NCBI GenBank assembly: GCA_907165135.1
Contig: OU015566.1
Coordinates: 6,944,001 to 7,008,000 of the forward strand
Origin: Oikopleura dioica
Lineage: Eukaryota; Animalia; Chordata
DNA length: 64,000 nt
Reading direction: 5' to 3'
The first letter of the stretch is position 1, and each line of letters starts with the position of its first letter. The notes beneath the pieces were generated by a model that saw only the letters and a program-made list of their open reading frames with translations, ran no database searches and was not told the origin of the DNA. Made by a program: the position numbers and the translations under genes. Shown here piece by piece: positions 48,769-61,507 of the stretch.

Positions 48769-50655
48769 TCTTCTCTACTTTAGAATGAAATTTGCTTTTG
48801 AGCATTATTCTATCAACTCCTTTTGCCCCATCAGCGAGCCAGCTTGATGTTCTTTCTAGAGCGAGAATGTCTAATTTCCATGTAGCCCTGCATCTGCAAG
48901 AAGCTGCTCCTTCTCCGGCTACACGTGATGTTCAGACAGACTTTAGGCGGGCTATTCAAATCGCCTGATTTGTCGTCTTTTTCGTCCAATGAGCTGCTGC
49001 TTGGGGCGCTCGGGCTGTCTGGCACTAGACTAACTAGACAGCGCGACTGTTGTTTTCGATTCAAAACACGACACCAGGCCGCTAATTTACCACACCTCTT
49101 GAGCGAAAAAAGCGCTAACCACCGACACAAGCTCGTTCTTCCTCAATTTTATTTCGCTCCTTCGAATCTTTTCTTTACTCCCGCTTTTTCAAAGACTAAG
49201 AAAAATATGCAAAAGCCAAATAAAAAAAAAATTGTAAAATTCATGAAAACTCATGGCGCGCCGCGGTGGCGATGGTGGCGCCACCAGGTGTTGCATAAAT
49301 CTAGAATAAGTAAATTTTCGGATTGGAGATTTGATTTTATACTGTGGTTCATAATTATACAGGGCCTTAATTGAAAAATTGATTTGATTGAAATAGAGGG
49401 CAATTATCATATCAAAGGGGATCTCCTCCGTCGCCGGATTTCAAATTCATCGAATCTTATAAGTTGATTTTGGTAATTATTTATTTTTGAGATTATGGTC
49501 AGCTTGCTCTTAAATTGCAAGATTTCCAAGAAGTGACTGAAAAGTCTTTTGTAGTACGGCTAGAATCTCATAAATTCACGCGTCGTTTGCTTTGTTTTAC
49601 TGGCAAACAAGTCTCCCCGCCCAGCAGTTTTATGAGAAGCAGACGATCAGACACTCTTCAAAAACACGCATTTCCATGGCAAAAGTTGGTAACATCTGCT
49701 CCTTAGGCCTTCATTATCTGAAGGCTTCTGCGACTCATGGATCTCGGATGACTGTGTCCCTCCCTGTTTATTTGCGTGTTAGACTCATTCTTGCTTTTTT
49801 CAGGACACTAATATCTTTGTCCCTTTTGCCTCTTCTTATTCCGTTTTTCTGGATACTGGGTGATAAAATTAGTTTCAAAGACATTTCATTTGAACTTTGA
49901 GCCTCTTCATTTCAATAAAATTTTAATAAAAAAGCTCGCTACATATTTCTCAATTATTCAAAATATTCTGTGCAGGGTCATTGCTTTTTACACTTCTAGA
50001 AGTTTCCTCCTTACTGCTTACAAGTTTCTAGAGAATACGAAAATTGAGAGCGAAAGTAAAAGTCTAAAAAATGAGCTATTTTGTCTGATATTTTTCAGAA
50101 AATAATTTGAATTCTAATGAGGCATGATCGCCGTTTATCAAGTTGAAAATGTAATTATAATCAAGGCAGGGTTGAGATAATCGATGCGAAGCATGCTTCT
50201 GCAAGACTCTCATCAGACCTGAGAGAGAGGGAGCGGGTGAGCAGCGTGTTAGAGCGTTTATCTCCTTCGCCGGTCGACCTGGCCCCTCGGTAAGAGCTTG
50301 TTAGTTTGTCACGCGGCTTGCGAGCGCCCGCGCGTGGCCCCCAGTCGCAGCTTCGACCCTGCTGATTGGCCGCGCGGATGGAAATCGTGGGCGTTATCTC
50401 GTCCTCACTGGGCCTCAGTGTTTTTTCGTTCTCCGGGCAGTGGTGGCGCAGTTCGCTGGCTCACCTTACAAGTCGCCAAAAAAAAAAACTGAGAGACTCA
50501 CAGCGAAATCTTTCTCTCCGTCCCGGCCGCCGTCCTGTCGAGAAAAACGGCCAGAAACGGCGAAAAGAAGAGAAAAATGCCCGTCCTATAGCGAGAGAAA
50601 TATTTTTCAGCGAAGAAAAACGAAGAAAACGCGACTTTTTTGACGAAAAATCGCC

Positions 50656-53600
50656 ATGTCGAAGTATTATGCAACGATTACTGGTCCCGATGGGAAGGAA
50701 ATGAAGGTGATGGTCATTCCTGTGCGTGAGATAAGGGATCAGAAAAGTCGTTTTCTAGAAATCGAGGAAAGTTGGCGCGGGCGCAGCGCAGAGGACGCGC
50801 GGGCGGTGACTCGCTCCTCGTGCCGCCGCACGGTGGCGCTTTTTGTCAAGCGGCGCGAGGCGAAAAAGAAATGGTTTATGCCCGCCTCATCACTTCTTCA
50901 CTAATAAAAATGCATAAAAACAACAAATTAGCCATCAATTTACGATTATTCATAAAACCAAAATGTAAATTTCAAAAAAAATTTTCTGATCCCGAAAATA
51001 CGAAGGGCAAGATGAAGCTCCGAATCCTCCTGAACACGCTGAAGGAAATCGACCTGTCGCCGTTGTCAATCCTTCTAACTCCGCATCTGGTTCCTCAAAT
51101 CAGGAAGAAGTAGCTCAACCCTCTTCATCCCTGAAAAGCCAGCCCAGCCCGCCGAGAGAATCGCCCGCCCCGCCCGCCGCTGTTGCAAATCCTACGCCAC
51201 AAAAGGAAATGGTTCATTTTTATTCAGACCTCTTTACAGTCAGTCATAGTCACTGTGATTGTCAGGTGATCTCACGGGATATACCCCCACTCATGTGATT
51301 AGCGAGAGATCAATGTGAAATCCGAAAATTACGCCGAGAACAAGTTTTTTCTCCGGGTTTTAAGACGCAATCGATTTGCGAGCGTGATTGATCCCCGCTC
51401 AGAGCAGCCCCACGGGACGTCCCCTCTTAGCTCACTAACTATAACAAAATGGGCGGACTGAGTGTTCCACTGTAAAATTCAAAACTCGCCAGCTGTCTCG
51501 ACTTCTTGATCAAGTACTCTAGTTTCTTATTCAATATAGATGTAGATGCTATTTGACGCGGTAATAGGCTTATCTACAGTAGCTCAAGTGGGAGACTCGT
51601 TATTGAACCAGATAAAAGAATGTCAAGCAGCGCAGAAAGCAACAAAGGCTCAATGGAATCCTCGAAAAGCTGGCTCAGAAGAAAGGCGGCAGCGATCAAT
51701 CTCCATCGTCGAGCTCATCTCCTTCCACGTCTTCACCAGAACCGATAGTGGAGAATGCGATTCCCAAGACAGAACCGGTCAAATCTCCGGCTGCTCAGCC
51801 AAAGAAAAATGGCGACCTGCAAATAAATAAGAACTTTGGAATCAAACTTGGGGATAAAGGAAGTGGCCAAATCAAGATCCTTGGCAAAATCACGGAAGTC
51901 CCAGTGCAAGGACCTTCAACCTTGAAGTCAGAATCTGACGATGATCAACCCCCAGCGCTCGAAAAAGCCTCGCCACCACGATCGCCCAGCCCGCCACAGT
52001 TGGATTACCTTTCAGATCGCTCACGGTCACCCTCGCCGGGGGCAACTAAGCCGGAAAAGCTTCGGCAAAGTGCTCTCAAGAAGACGGCGCCAGTTTCAAG
52101 CCAGCCCGAGTCTCAAGGGAAATCCCCTGCGCAGAAGAATGGCAAGCCAGGATTACTGGGAAGAGGAATCCCAATCGGAAACCTTGGAAACGTCGTCGCA
52201 TCGGTTTCAGTTCCGAACAGACGGCTTTCAAATGGGAATCAACCCAAAACAACTCCAACGCGTCAAGTTTCTGCAACTCCTCCGAAACGCGGACCACGCC
52301 CAGCTCCGATCCAAGTCCAAACTACTCCTAAAACTCCAAGTCCAGTCAAAACTCCTCAACCTTCTTCAACCGCTGTTCCTTCTAGTTCACCATTGACGAC
52401 TCCAACCACGAGCCAGTCAAGCTTCAAGCCCATTAACATGGCCGGACGTACAATCATCGCTCCTAACATGGTCAAATCGCTCGTTTCGCCAAAACTTGCG
52501 TCGAATGGAAAACAACCAATTCCATCGCCGACCAACTTCAAGCCCAAATCTCCTGATGTTCCTAACAATCGACCAACGCAGCGAACAGCGTCAAGTGGTA
52601 ACAATATTCAACGAGCAGCTTCCTCCTCGAAGCCTAATCCGGCCTCGGTGAGACCATCCTCGCGACCGAATATCCGACCACCGCCACCACCACCGGTCGC
52701 TGCTACGAGAGGTCCTGCTCCTCCACCACCAACTCTGCCAACTTTTCAGCCTCGAGCAGCTACTCCTGTCAGTTCTTTTGTGGCATCACAGACAGTAAAC
52801 GTTAACACTCAACAACGTTCTCTGGCAACAATGCCTCATCGAATCATCAGTCGACCGGTTGGGCGTCCTCCTCTGAACTCGTACCCAGTAAGAGCACAAA
52901 CCAAACCGAGACAACAACAGCATTCTCAGCCAGCCTTGGATCCAAACTTGGTGGATATCGTCAAGGTTCGTCCAGCTAAGAAATCCGGCCATCACAAGTA
53001 CCCGCCACCGACTCTTGTTGAAGGAGGAATTTCAAAATTCGGCGCGAATATCAAAACGATCAAAATGGCTGACGGCTCCACCTGCGGAATAAAAGTTCAG
53101 AGTCAGAGCCTTTACCAAAAGGTCAATATCACGAACTCAAAGCTTCGAGAAATCAAGCGAGGGCTTGCTGATAATCTCAATACAGAACATCTGACACAGT
53201 TGGAGAAAAAGAAAAAAGTTTCACAGCAATTTGCGGAAAAAGCAATGAAGCAGGCGAATAATCAATCGAACAATCTCGTCCCAGTAACGGTAGACAGGCG
53301 AAAATCATCCCCGCCGCATTCTAGCAAGGGAATCTCAAGTGGAGCACCGACCTTGGCGCCCAAGGCGACAACTCCTATCAAGGAATGTTGTTGAAAATAA
53401 TGAAAGCGTAAATTAGCATTTCAAACAATCTTGAGCCCACTCTTATTTTTTCTCAAAAATATTTTCTCAACACTGAAAAAGGGAAACCTGCTCTCCCGGT
53501 TTCCAACCGTCGGTACGGCGAAATTGAAGACATCCGGCACTACGCCTCAGAAGCACGGCAACCGAAAACACAAGGCCGAGACCAAAACGGAGGTGAATTT

Positions 53601-56600
53601 TTGTTATTGTATATAAGCAAGTGTTTACATAATCATAAGAAGGTCGAGGATGGCTGCCGCCGCTGCTGCCCTGCGCCCAAATCCGCTCCATCTAAGCCGA
53701 TTGTGGATCTGCCTCCGAGCGGCCAGAATCTTGTATTGTCGCCGGAAAATCAAAGTAATTTTCACTCAAAATTTCTGGAATCGTTTCTAACCAAAATTCT
53801 ATTTAGTGCTGGTCCGCAAATATCTCGACAAGCATCCCGGGCAAAAGATGGACTTTGCTCTCTGTCCTGTTCAGAAAAATATGGTGATCGATCCGTCCTT
53901 CCCTCTGGTCAAAGTCGGCGATAATCAGTTCCAGCTGATCCCGAAGGAGATCATGGAGAAACAGCAAAAGGCACAGCGTCAAATCATTCCGAAAAACAGA
54001 ACCCTTGCTCCGCTTCAGCCAAAACCCGACCAAAGCGACTCGAATGGCTCTCAAAATGGTTCAGAAGAAGAAGGATCCGCGGAATCGAATGTTTCTAGTG
54101 ATGATAAGAGGATTGAGAAGAAGAACTTGTTCGTATGGAAAGAAGCGGAGATCACGAATGAAGAGGGTAAGATATTCTTTTGAAGTTCAAGTTAAGGGAC
54201 CACGCGCACCTCGCTCGCGCCGCTTTTCAAAAAATCCGTTCACTACCTTATTTTTTGCCAAACTTTATGAATTTTTCAGGACATATGTAGTTTTTTCTCC
54301 TCTTTCATCTCCAGTTTGAATTATTTTCATACGATTATTTTTGGACTCAGGAGGCAGAAAACGAGATGCTCAACTTTAAAAGGCATCAACTCCTAAACTA
54401 CTTGTCACCTGAAGTTATAAATACCCTCACCAAAAAGCTCATTCGATTCTGACCAGGAATACGGTCACGTGGTCTCAAAATAGTATTTGTATTAGATCGT
54501 AATCAGGGATTTATCAAGTGTAAGCCCTCGCGCTGCGGGGAATTGTCACGCTCCGGGAGATTTTTTTTGTTTGCATTGGTCCAAGCAATCAAGAGACAAT
54601 TATTTGGGACCTTTATTTTTTATAAACAATATGTATAGGTAAATAGGATATTATTCTTCGATCTCTTCGTCGATTGAATTTTGTTCTCCTTCGTTTTCAA
54701 GAAACTCTTCATAGGAAGGAAAATCATCGTCTGTGGTTTCGGCTTCGACTGAATGATTCTTTCGAGAATTCTCAATATCTCTGTCGACTTGAGAGGCATA
54801 CAATCCAGGTTTCTGAAATTGCTGTTGCTCTCTTCTTCTTTTTGATTGAGTTTTGGCTTTGATTTTCTGCTTTTCTTCGGCTTTGCTTTTTCGTTCATCT
54901 TCATATTTCTGCAAGCGCTTCAGACAAGCTTCAGGGACACGATATTCCAATTCTTCGAGAACCATTCGGAAAGCTTGATCCTGACCATGATTGTAAATCA
55001 AAAGTGCGGCGCCTGCTGAGACCTCATATCGCATGTTGATCGGGCTAGCAAATGTTCCTTTGACATGTAGTCTTCTGCGAATGATTTCAGCATGGTAGTA
55101 CTCTACTGGAGAAGTCGTTCCGGTATTCGAGAGCTCTTTGATGAAGCTTTCTGGGAAGTTCTTGTCCATGAATTCCTGGAGTTTTCGAATGCAGTCTTCT
55201 TGTGAAAGATCACCATGTGGTTGAATTATTCCTGGCTTTCGAGGGCAATTTTCGTCACAATATCTGTGATCGCCGCAAGCGTGATGAATCGTTTTCTTCA
55301 CCTTTTTCATAGCATCTTCATGTGACCATTCGCCAGATTTTCGTTTGTCCATAATTTCTTTGAACATACAGCGCAATCTTTGATGAACTTCGAGCTTCTG
55401 ATTTTTAGTAAATTTTGATCTCGATGAGCCAGCTTCTAAGTTTCGACCACAGGTTCCCCATAGGTTTTTCAGAACATGAGCAACGTCTTTGCTGTAAATG
55501 ATTTTTTCTTGCGGAATCATCTCTTCATCTTCTTTCTCCGGATCTTTGAAGACATTCGTGTTCTTTGGGTCTCGAATTTTCGCGTCACCGTCGCAGCAGA
55601 TGTTGATCATGTGATTTGGTAGCTCCTGGTGAATCGGAAGAAGAGTTTTTTCGTAGATTTCTCTTGTTCCAATGGTTTCCAAAGTCGATGAGCATGTTCC
55701 CTTTGGTGCGATTGTTCCGCGACTGTGCTTCTGAAGCTGCTCCTCTGAATATTCCTGGCGTTTTTTGACGACCTCCTGGCCGATGATTTTGTAGTCACCT
55801 CTGACTTTTGCTACACAGGAAACGATGCAGCCCTGGGCGCTGTTCTTCTTGTGGCCTGAATAAAATAATGAATTTATTAAATATTTTGTTTGAAAAAATG
55901 CTAGTCTCAGTAAAGCCTTTTTGGAAAAACGCTTATTTTTAGACAATATTCTAGTCTCCGTAAAGCCTTTTTGAAAGAAGCCTATTTTCAGAGAGATTTC
56001 TAGTCTCAGTAAAGCCTTTTTGAAAAAAAGCCTATTTTCAGACAATTTTCTAGTCTCAGGAAAGCCTTTTTCCTGTGTCTCACCTGTGTCGTTATAAGTG
56101 CCATCAAAGCTGACATCGACTTGTTTTGGATACTGGATACGACGCTCGGCCACAAGAGATTTTCGGAAATTCAGCATGGACTCTGATGCAAGGTTGAGGA
56201 TGATGTTGTCGACGATTTTTTGAAATTTTGAGGATGCTTTGCCACCTTGTACGAAATCGGGCACGCAAGCTTGTCCAGATGTTGTTGTTACTGAGAATCC
56301 GCCGAAACAGAAAGCGCGTTGAGCTTGAGGTTTTGTGATGCCTGCCATAGTGAGACCGCCGTGGAAAGCAGCATTGAATTTTTGGTGAAGAAGCCAGGTG
56401 CTCTTTGAAGCATTGCATTCATCACAGGTAATCCGGAGGTAGTTGTTGAAGAAATCTGTCTGCGTGATCGCCAGGGTCAAACAATTGCTCTTCTTGCAAT
56501 CAAAGCAGCGAAAAGAAAATCTCCAAAAATCTCGCAAAATGGGCAAACTTGCCATGATCGTTTCTTGTGGCTCCAAAAGAACATGAGATTTTGATTTTTT

Positions 56601-59600
56601 AGCGTCGTTAGCAATTATAGAAGCCTTTCTTCTTTTTGAAACATGCGGCATTTCGGTCATTTTCATGATTCAGATTCATTACTTATACGTTTTGTTGCCA
56701 AAAGATGGCGGTAGAATCACAAGTTGCTCCAGAAATATGCTCTCCCGGAGAGAGGAATTAGTTTGATTACCCACCACGAAAAAAGAGCGAAACAAGCCCC
56801 GCGCGCACCAGAATTCCCGCTGCGCGCTAAGAGTACCTGGATTAGATCGTCGATAATGAGCTCCGGAAATTGAGTTAATAAGACCACGTGACCGTATTTC
56901 TGGTCAGAATCGAATGAGCTTTTTGGTGAGGGTATTTATAACTTCAGGTGACAAGTAGTTTAGGAGTTGATGCCTTTTAAAGTTGAGCATCTCGTTTTCT
57001 CCCTCCTGAGTCCAAAAATAATCGTATGAAAATAATTCAAATTGGAGATGAAAGAGGAGAAAAAACTACATATGTCCTGAAAAATTCATAAAGTTTGACA
57101 AAAAATAAGGTCGTGAACGGATTTTTTGAAAAGCGGCGGGAGCGAGGTGCGCGTGGTCCCTTAAGTGATTGTGTTTTTAGTCCATGGAAACCTGTCAAAG
57201 AAAATCTTCCTCAGAACCTTTGCCGAGGACGATCACGAATGTTGCCATCACGCAGGCAAACCACAGCAAGTTCTTGTCCGTCGAGAATCGAATCCAGCCC
57301 GAGCGAAGCCCCGAATCACAGTCAAAGGAGAGCAGGTTTGTTCGCTAGTTCGTTATCAGCTGGTCTGCCGCAGGGCGAATTTCGCGAGGCCAAATTGGTT
57401 AATTACTGATTCTAGGTCCATTATGTGGAGCATCAGCAAGGCCACCAGCACTCGACTTCCAAATCTGCGAATCAATTTGTTATCCCTCAAGCCAGCGACG
57501 ATGATAACGAGATCATTCTCGAGCAAGTCCAGGACAAGAGAGGCAACGTTATTTATTACGGCGATGGGCAGGCGTCATCACAGCCACCTATCAACACCGC
57601 GCCAGATGGAAATTATGACGGCAGTTTGATAACAACAGGAGGTTACAGAGTGGAGACCCTCGAGGAAATCAAAGCCAAAGTGTCGCAGGAATTCACAACT
57701 CAAGGTAACAGTTTTCACATCTTTAAACTGAAAATAATTCATTTATCAATAGACGACGATGAATACAGCGATGATGACCGGTTGGTGATCGACCAGCTCG
57801 CAGAGGAGGACACTCCTCAGAGCGAAGCTACTTCTACAAAGTATCGCTTCCCATCCGGCCCGTACATCGAGACCGACTCCGAAGCAACACCGACCAAGCC
57901 CAAACACATCCCCGTCGATACCTCAGATGATGAAAGCATGCCCGATCTTGAAGATGCGGCTGAAGAAATGCCTCTCTTAGGTATAAAACTTCATTTGAAA
58001 ACCGTTCTCTAACTCTGTTCCACTAGAACCGCTTCCAGAACTCGACGACATTGGAGCGCTAGAAACACAGTCCACGATCCAATCCGAGATTCGAAAGCGC
58101 AAATCCCTCCCAGCCGGATCTGGGAGCCTCTCACCGGTCAAACGCCAACGACGCGGAATTCGCCGCAGTCAATCCACCACTGAAGCGTATGTTAAAAGCG
58201 TGGGCGCATGATTTTTAACCGCGCATGTGGCCACTGCTCTAATGGTGCACGCGCTTTTTATTTTATTATTTTCAAATCTGCCTTTTTGAATTTGGACACT
58301 TTCACATTCGCTCCTGTATCACAGATCTAGCCCGGATCGCGCTTTACTGTTAAAAAAGAATGAAATACCCTAAACAAACCTCTTACTTTATCATATTCCG
58401 AAAAGACTTTACCTACAATTTACCGCTTTCTCTATCTGCTTCTGTAGGAATCTCGTGTCTATGATTGGATTCTTGTTAAAAAAACAGTACTCGTGTCCGG
58501 GGCTAGGTCTGTTCAGGAACATGCTTATACTTTAGACTTGCTCAATCCGCTTTAGATACAATACGCACTAGCTAAATAACACGATATAAGCAAAAGCTAA
58601 ACCCGAACCGGACCGACCCCCTAAATTGTTGCTCACCAATCATCAGACAAAGAGTTCCATGAGAGTTCATTTTTTACATTCCTGTATCATAGGTTTTTTA
58701 ACATTTTATCACTTTTACGATTCCGTTAATACATTAACTTTCCAGTCAGTCGATGAGTGTACGCTTTACAATATGAAAGTAACATTGAATAATTTTTGGC
58801 CTGGCGCCAGAGTAGGCACTGACATATGAACAATGAAAGCCCTCTCTTTTTTCGTTTCTGATTTGAGAATCGTTGCTTTACGAGAACAAACAGAAATCTG
58901 ACACGCCATCAGACAAAGCCTTCAAGCCTGAAGTAGCGACATTTCGGGCCTCCTAGATTTATAAATTTAGGTTCAGCTTAATCTTTAGAGCATCAGTTGA
59001 AATCATAGAAGAAAACCTAAAATTAACCCTAAAATGAAGATGTGCCATTGGCAACTTCACTATAAATTTGTAAGATATTCTAAAACAATAGCGCTTGAGT
59101 GAATTCAAATTGTCTTATCGCCTCAAGACTGACGTACTTTTATACTCGTTTGCATTTTTAAATATTGCTTTCACTAAAAGTGAAAGTGAGAGCTAATAAA
59201 CTCCTCGAAAATCCTCTTTTTCATCGGTGTTTTTCAGGCGTCAAAATCCAAAATCGAGTGCGTCTAATCGACTTACTTCGTTGATCGAAAAAACGCGTGA
59301 GATCTGCGAGAATCCAACGAGTCAGCCAAGCCAAAAGAAACGAAAGGTCTTGACCAAACGATCGCCCAAAAAGCGCCAGAGATCTGAGTCTGCCTCAAGT
59401 TCCGAAGACGAAGCTCATCCAGAAGTGTTCCACCCAAGCAGCAGTCACTCTCGCCAGGGCCACAACCCGGTAAATATTTCACCAAAAGACTCATTCACTC
59501 ATTCCTCACCAAAGACAAAAATGCATGCAAAGGCAAAACATCAGCGCATTCGGTCAGACCCCGAGCTGCCTCGAAACTCGACAACGCCCGTCCTGAGGCC

Positions 59601-60995
59601 AGAGCCCTGCGCGAATGAGTCAAGGATTGACTCTGACCGAGGTGGATCAAGCTCAGACGGCATTCCCGACCTTTCACAAACCGCCATGCGAAAGAGGGTA
59701 CATCTAAAAATACTCTCATAAAACTCACATTAATTCAATCATCTCTTATTTATATCTCAACATGACTCTTAGCGTCGAATTCTCGACCAACTGAAGGACA
59801 CGCCTGAATTCGAGAATGCGCGTCTCTCTGGTGGTGGCCGAGCACGCCGAACAGCAGCTGGTCGACCTGCCCGTTCCGCCGCGCGGACAGCATCAGAGAA
59901 GACCAAACAAAATCTCAACGACGAAAAAGGACGACTGAAGCCTATCGTCGTGGAAAAGACAGAAAAAGTCAAACAGGAGAAAAAAGAAGTCAAGTCGGAG
60001 TTCGCCGAACCAAAGCCAAAGCCAGGACCAACTCGACGACAACGACGACCGAGCAAAAAGACCAGGAGAAAATCCGATCACTACGTCGACAATCACGGTT
60101 GGGAGCCCGTCGGTGTTTGCGAAAATCGATGCATACTGAAACCGGTATTACTAAAAAAACCCTCTTGAAACCATTTCTTATCGGCTTTAGGGCGAGAACA
60201 CCTACATCGACCGCGTAAGCTTCGACACCGTCCGGAACGTCAACACCGACCGAGTGGTTAATCGACTGGACTCGGTAGCCATCTACGCGGGCGAAGATGA
60301 GCCTCCTATGTATGCCATTATCGTCGATTTGTACCGGGAAACTTCTGGGCAGATCATGGCCTGGGTGTATTGGTATTACAAGTAAGCATCATTTATCACA
60401 ACTGAAAACTGATTCTTTTCCTTCGAAGACGCGAAGACGCTGAAGCTCCTAGCAGTACCTACGTCGCTGGAGAGCAGGAACTTCTTGCCAGCCGCCACCA
60501 CGACAGCATCTCGATCGCGTCCCTTCTTCGTTCGTTCCACACTCTTACCTACTACGAGTACCGCCGGTGAGTTACTGCTTTGTATTCTAGTACTCATCTC
60601 TTTCTAGTTGGCGCGCACAGGGCGCCCACGAAGGTGCTAACAACTACAGTTCCTCTGATGAAAATCACGTGACGGTGAAAAAAGAAGAGGACATTCCCAG
60701 TCTAAATGGGGAGAGTGCAAGTTGGGAGCGAAAACCAAGTGACCGAGAACCAAGGACCAATTTCAACTTCATCAAACCTGGCGACGAAGTTTTCTTTGTG
60801 TAAGTTCTTGAGAATTGCCACCGACGTGAAATTTATCCCAATTTTAGGAGGAGGTTCTACGATCACTCGACGCGCTCGATCGTCATCACCCCGTCTTTCC
60901 TGAAAGACAAGTCCGAAAGTTCAACAGTGACTCGTCCTCGATCCCGCCGATTACGACGACCTGCTAACACTGAAATGCTGCATCCCACATCCTAA
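50656..60995 (+). CDS. BAHD1: Large disordered Pro/Ser-rich protein with C-terminal BAH domain (BAHD1-like); middle exon structure approximate
   Basis: C-terminus HGWEPVGVCE..YAIIVDLY..WVYWYYK..ELLASRHHDSISIA..TLTYYEYRR..EVFFVRRFYD parallels BAHD1 (NGWVPVGAACE..LLWYYR..EVFASRHQD..LTFAEY..VFLCRHVYD). Exon phases are compatible across the Kolobok intron and the 58188-59236 intron. Confidence 0.7.
54651..56666 (-). CDS. Kolobok (Mutator-like) DDE transposase with a 228-nt in-frame intron (55856-56083)
   Basis: N-terminal CxxC..CxxC, VSFDGTY..GH (D1), SSTLE, CCDGD (D2), KDVAHVLK, HHACGDH..C, TTSPVEYYH (E). Confidence 0.87.
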   Translation of the reverse strand: MKMTEMPHVSKRRKASIIANDAKKSKSHVLLEPQETIMASLPILRDFWRFSFRCFDCKKSNCLTLAITQTDFFNNYLRITCDECNASKSTWLLHQKFNAAFHGGLTMAGITKPQAQRAFCFGGFSVTTTSGQACVPDFVQGGKASSKFQKIVDNIILNLASESMLNFRKSLVAERRIQYPKQVDVSFDGTYNDTGETQEKGFPETRKLSENRLFFKKALLRLEISLKIGFFQKGFTETRILSKNKRFSKKALLRLAFFQTKYLINSLFYSGHKKNSAQGCIVSCVAKVRGDYKIIGQEVVKKRQEYSEEQLQKHSRGTIAPKGTCSSTLETIGTREIYEKTLLPIHQELPNHMINICCDGDAKIRDPKNTNVFKDPEKEDEEMIPQEKIIYSKDVAHVLKNLWGTCGRNLEAGSSRSKFTKNQKLEVHQRLRCMFKEIMDKRKSGEWSHEDAMKKVKKTIHHACGDHRYCDENCPRKPGIIQPHGDLSQEDCIRKLQEFMDKNFPESFIKELSNTGTTSPVEYYHAEIIRRRLHVKGTFASPINMRYEVSAGAALLIYNHGQDQAFRMVLEELEYRVPEACLKRLQKYEDERKSKAEEKQKIKAKTQSKRRREQQQFQKPGLYASQVDRDIENSRKNHSVEAETTDDDFPSYEEFLENEGEQNSIDEEIEE
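55901..56072. repeat. ~50-bp minisatellite (about 3.5 units) inside the transposase intron
   Basis: ctagtctc(a/c)gtaaagccttttt..aa..gc(c/t)tatttt.agacaat units start at 55901, 55951, 56000 and 56050. Confidence 0.9.
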
Positions 60996-61507
60996 ATTAT
61001 CTTAGCAAGACTCTCAACCCTACAAAGTTACACTTATTTTTGCAATTTCTTAATTTAGTTCCCCCCTTTATTTATTTTCCCTTCGCTTTTTCACTCTTGA
61101 GTCTGAACCACTCTATTTATAACTGTAAATAGTCACATTCTGCAAAAACTATTATTGCCCTTCATCTGCAATAAATGTTCAAGCCACCAAGTTGGTACCA
61201 CACAAAAAGAAAGAGATTTTGTTTTTGAGGAATGGGTCACTTTGTATTTTCTTTTACAAATAATAATTGAACGAGAGTGAATGAATGAACTTGAATAAAT
61301 TGAACATATAAAGTACAGAAAGGAAGGAATTTTATTGCACGGAGAACCACGTGACGTAGGAATTTATATTTACTGCTTGGAAAGTTGTCTTGCGTCTGAG
61401 ATAAATCTCCAGCCAGAACAGGTGGCAGTGAAGTTGCTGAATGAAGTCTTGGGAAAGAGAAAGAGAGGATGAACTAACCGTTTCAAAAAGAATGAATGCT
61501 GATTGTC

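Larger units (their letters stand above)
54196..57160 (-). mobile_element. Kolobok-superfamily DNA transposon (2965 bp), apparently intact, inside a host intron
   Basis: TTAA TSD (54192-54195, 57161-57164); GG..CC termini; ~280-bp TIRs (54196-54475, 56881-57160) with about 6 mismatches; single transposase ORF. Confidence 0.88.

Noticed and set aside
48831-49900. ORFs of 60-149 aa upstream of the BAHD1-like gene
   Set aside because: No recognisable homology or consistent splice chain; overlapping frames suggest chance ORFs.
54196-57160. piggyBac assignment because of the TTAA TSD
   Set aside because: Termini are GG..CC and the transposase motifs (SFDG, DGD, H..K, H..C) are Mutator-like/Kolobok, not piggyBac.
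58490-58620. Degenerate inverted repeat in the BAHD1-like intron
   Set aside because: Too many mismatches and no TSD to call an element.
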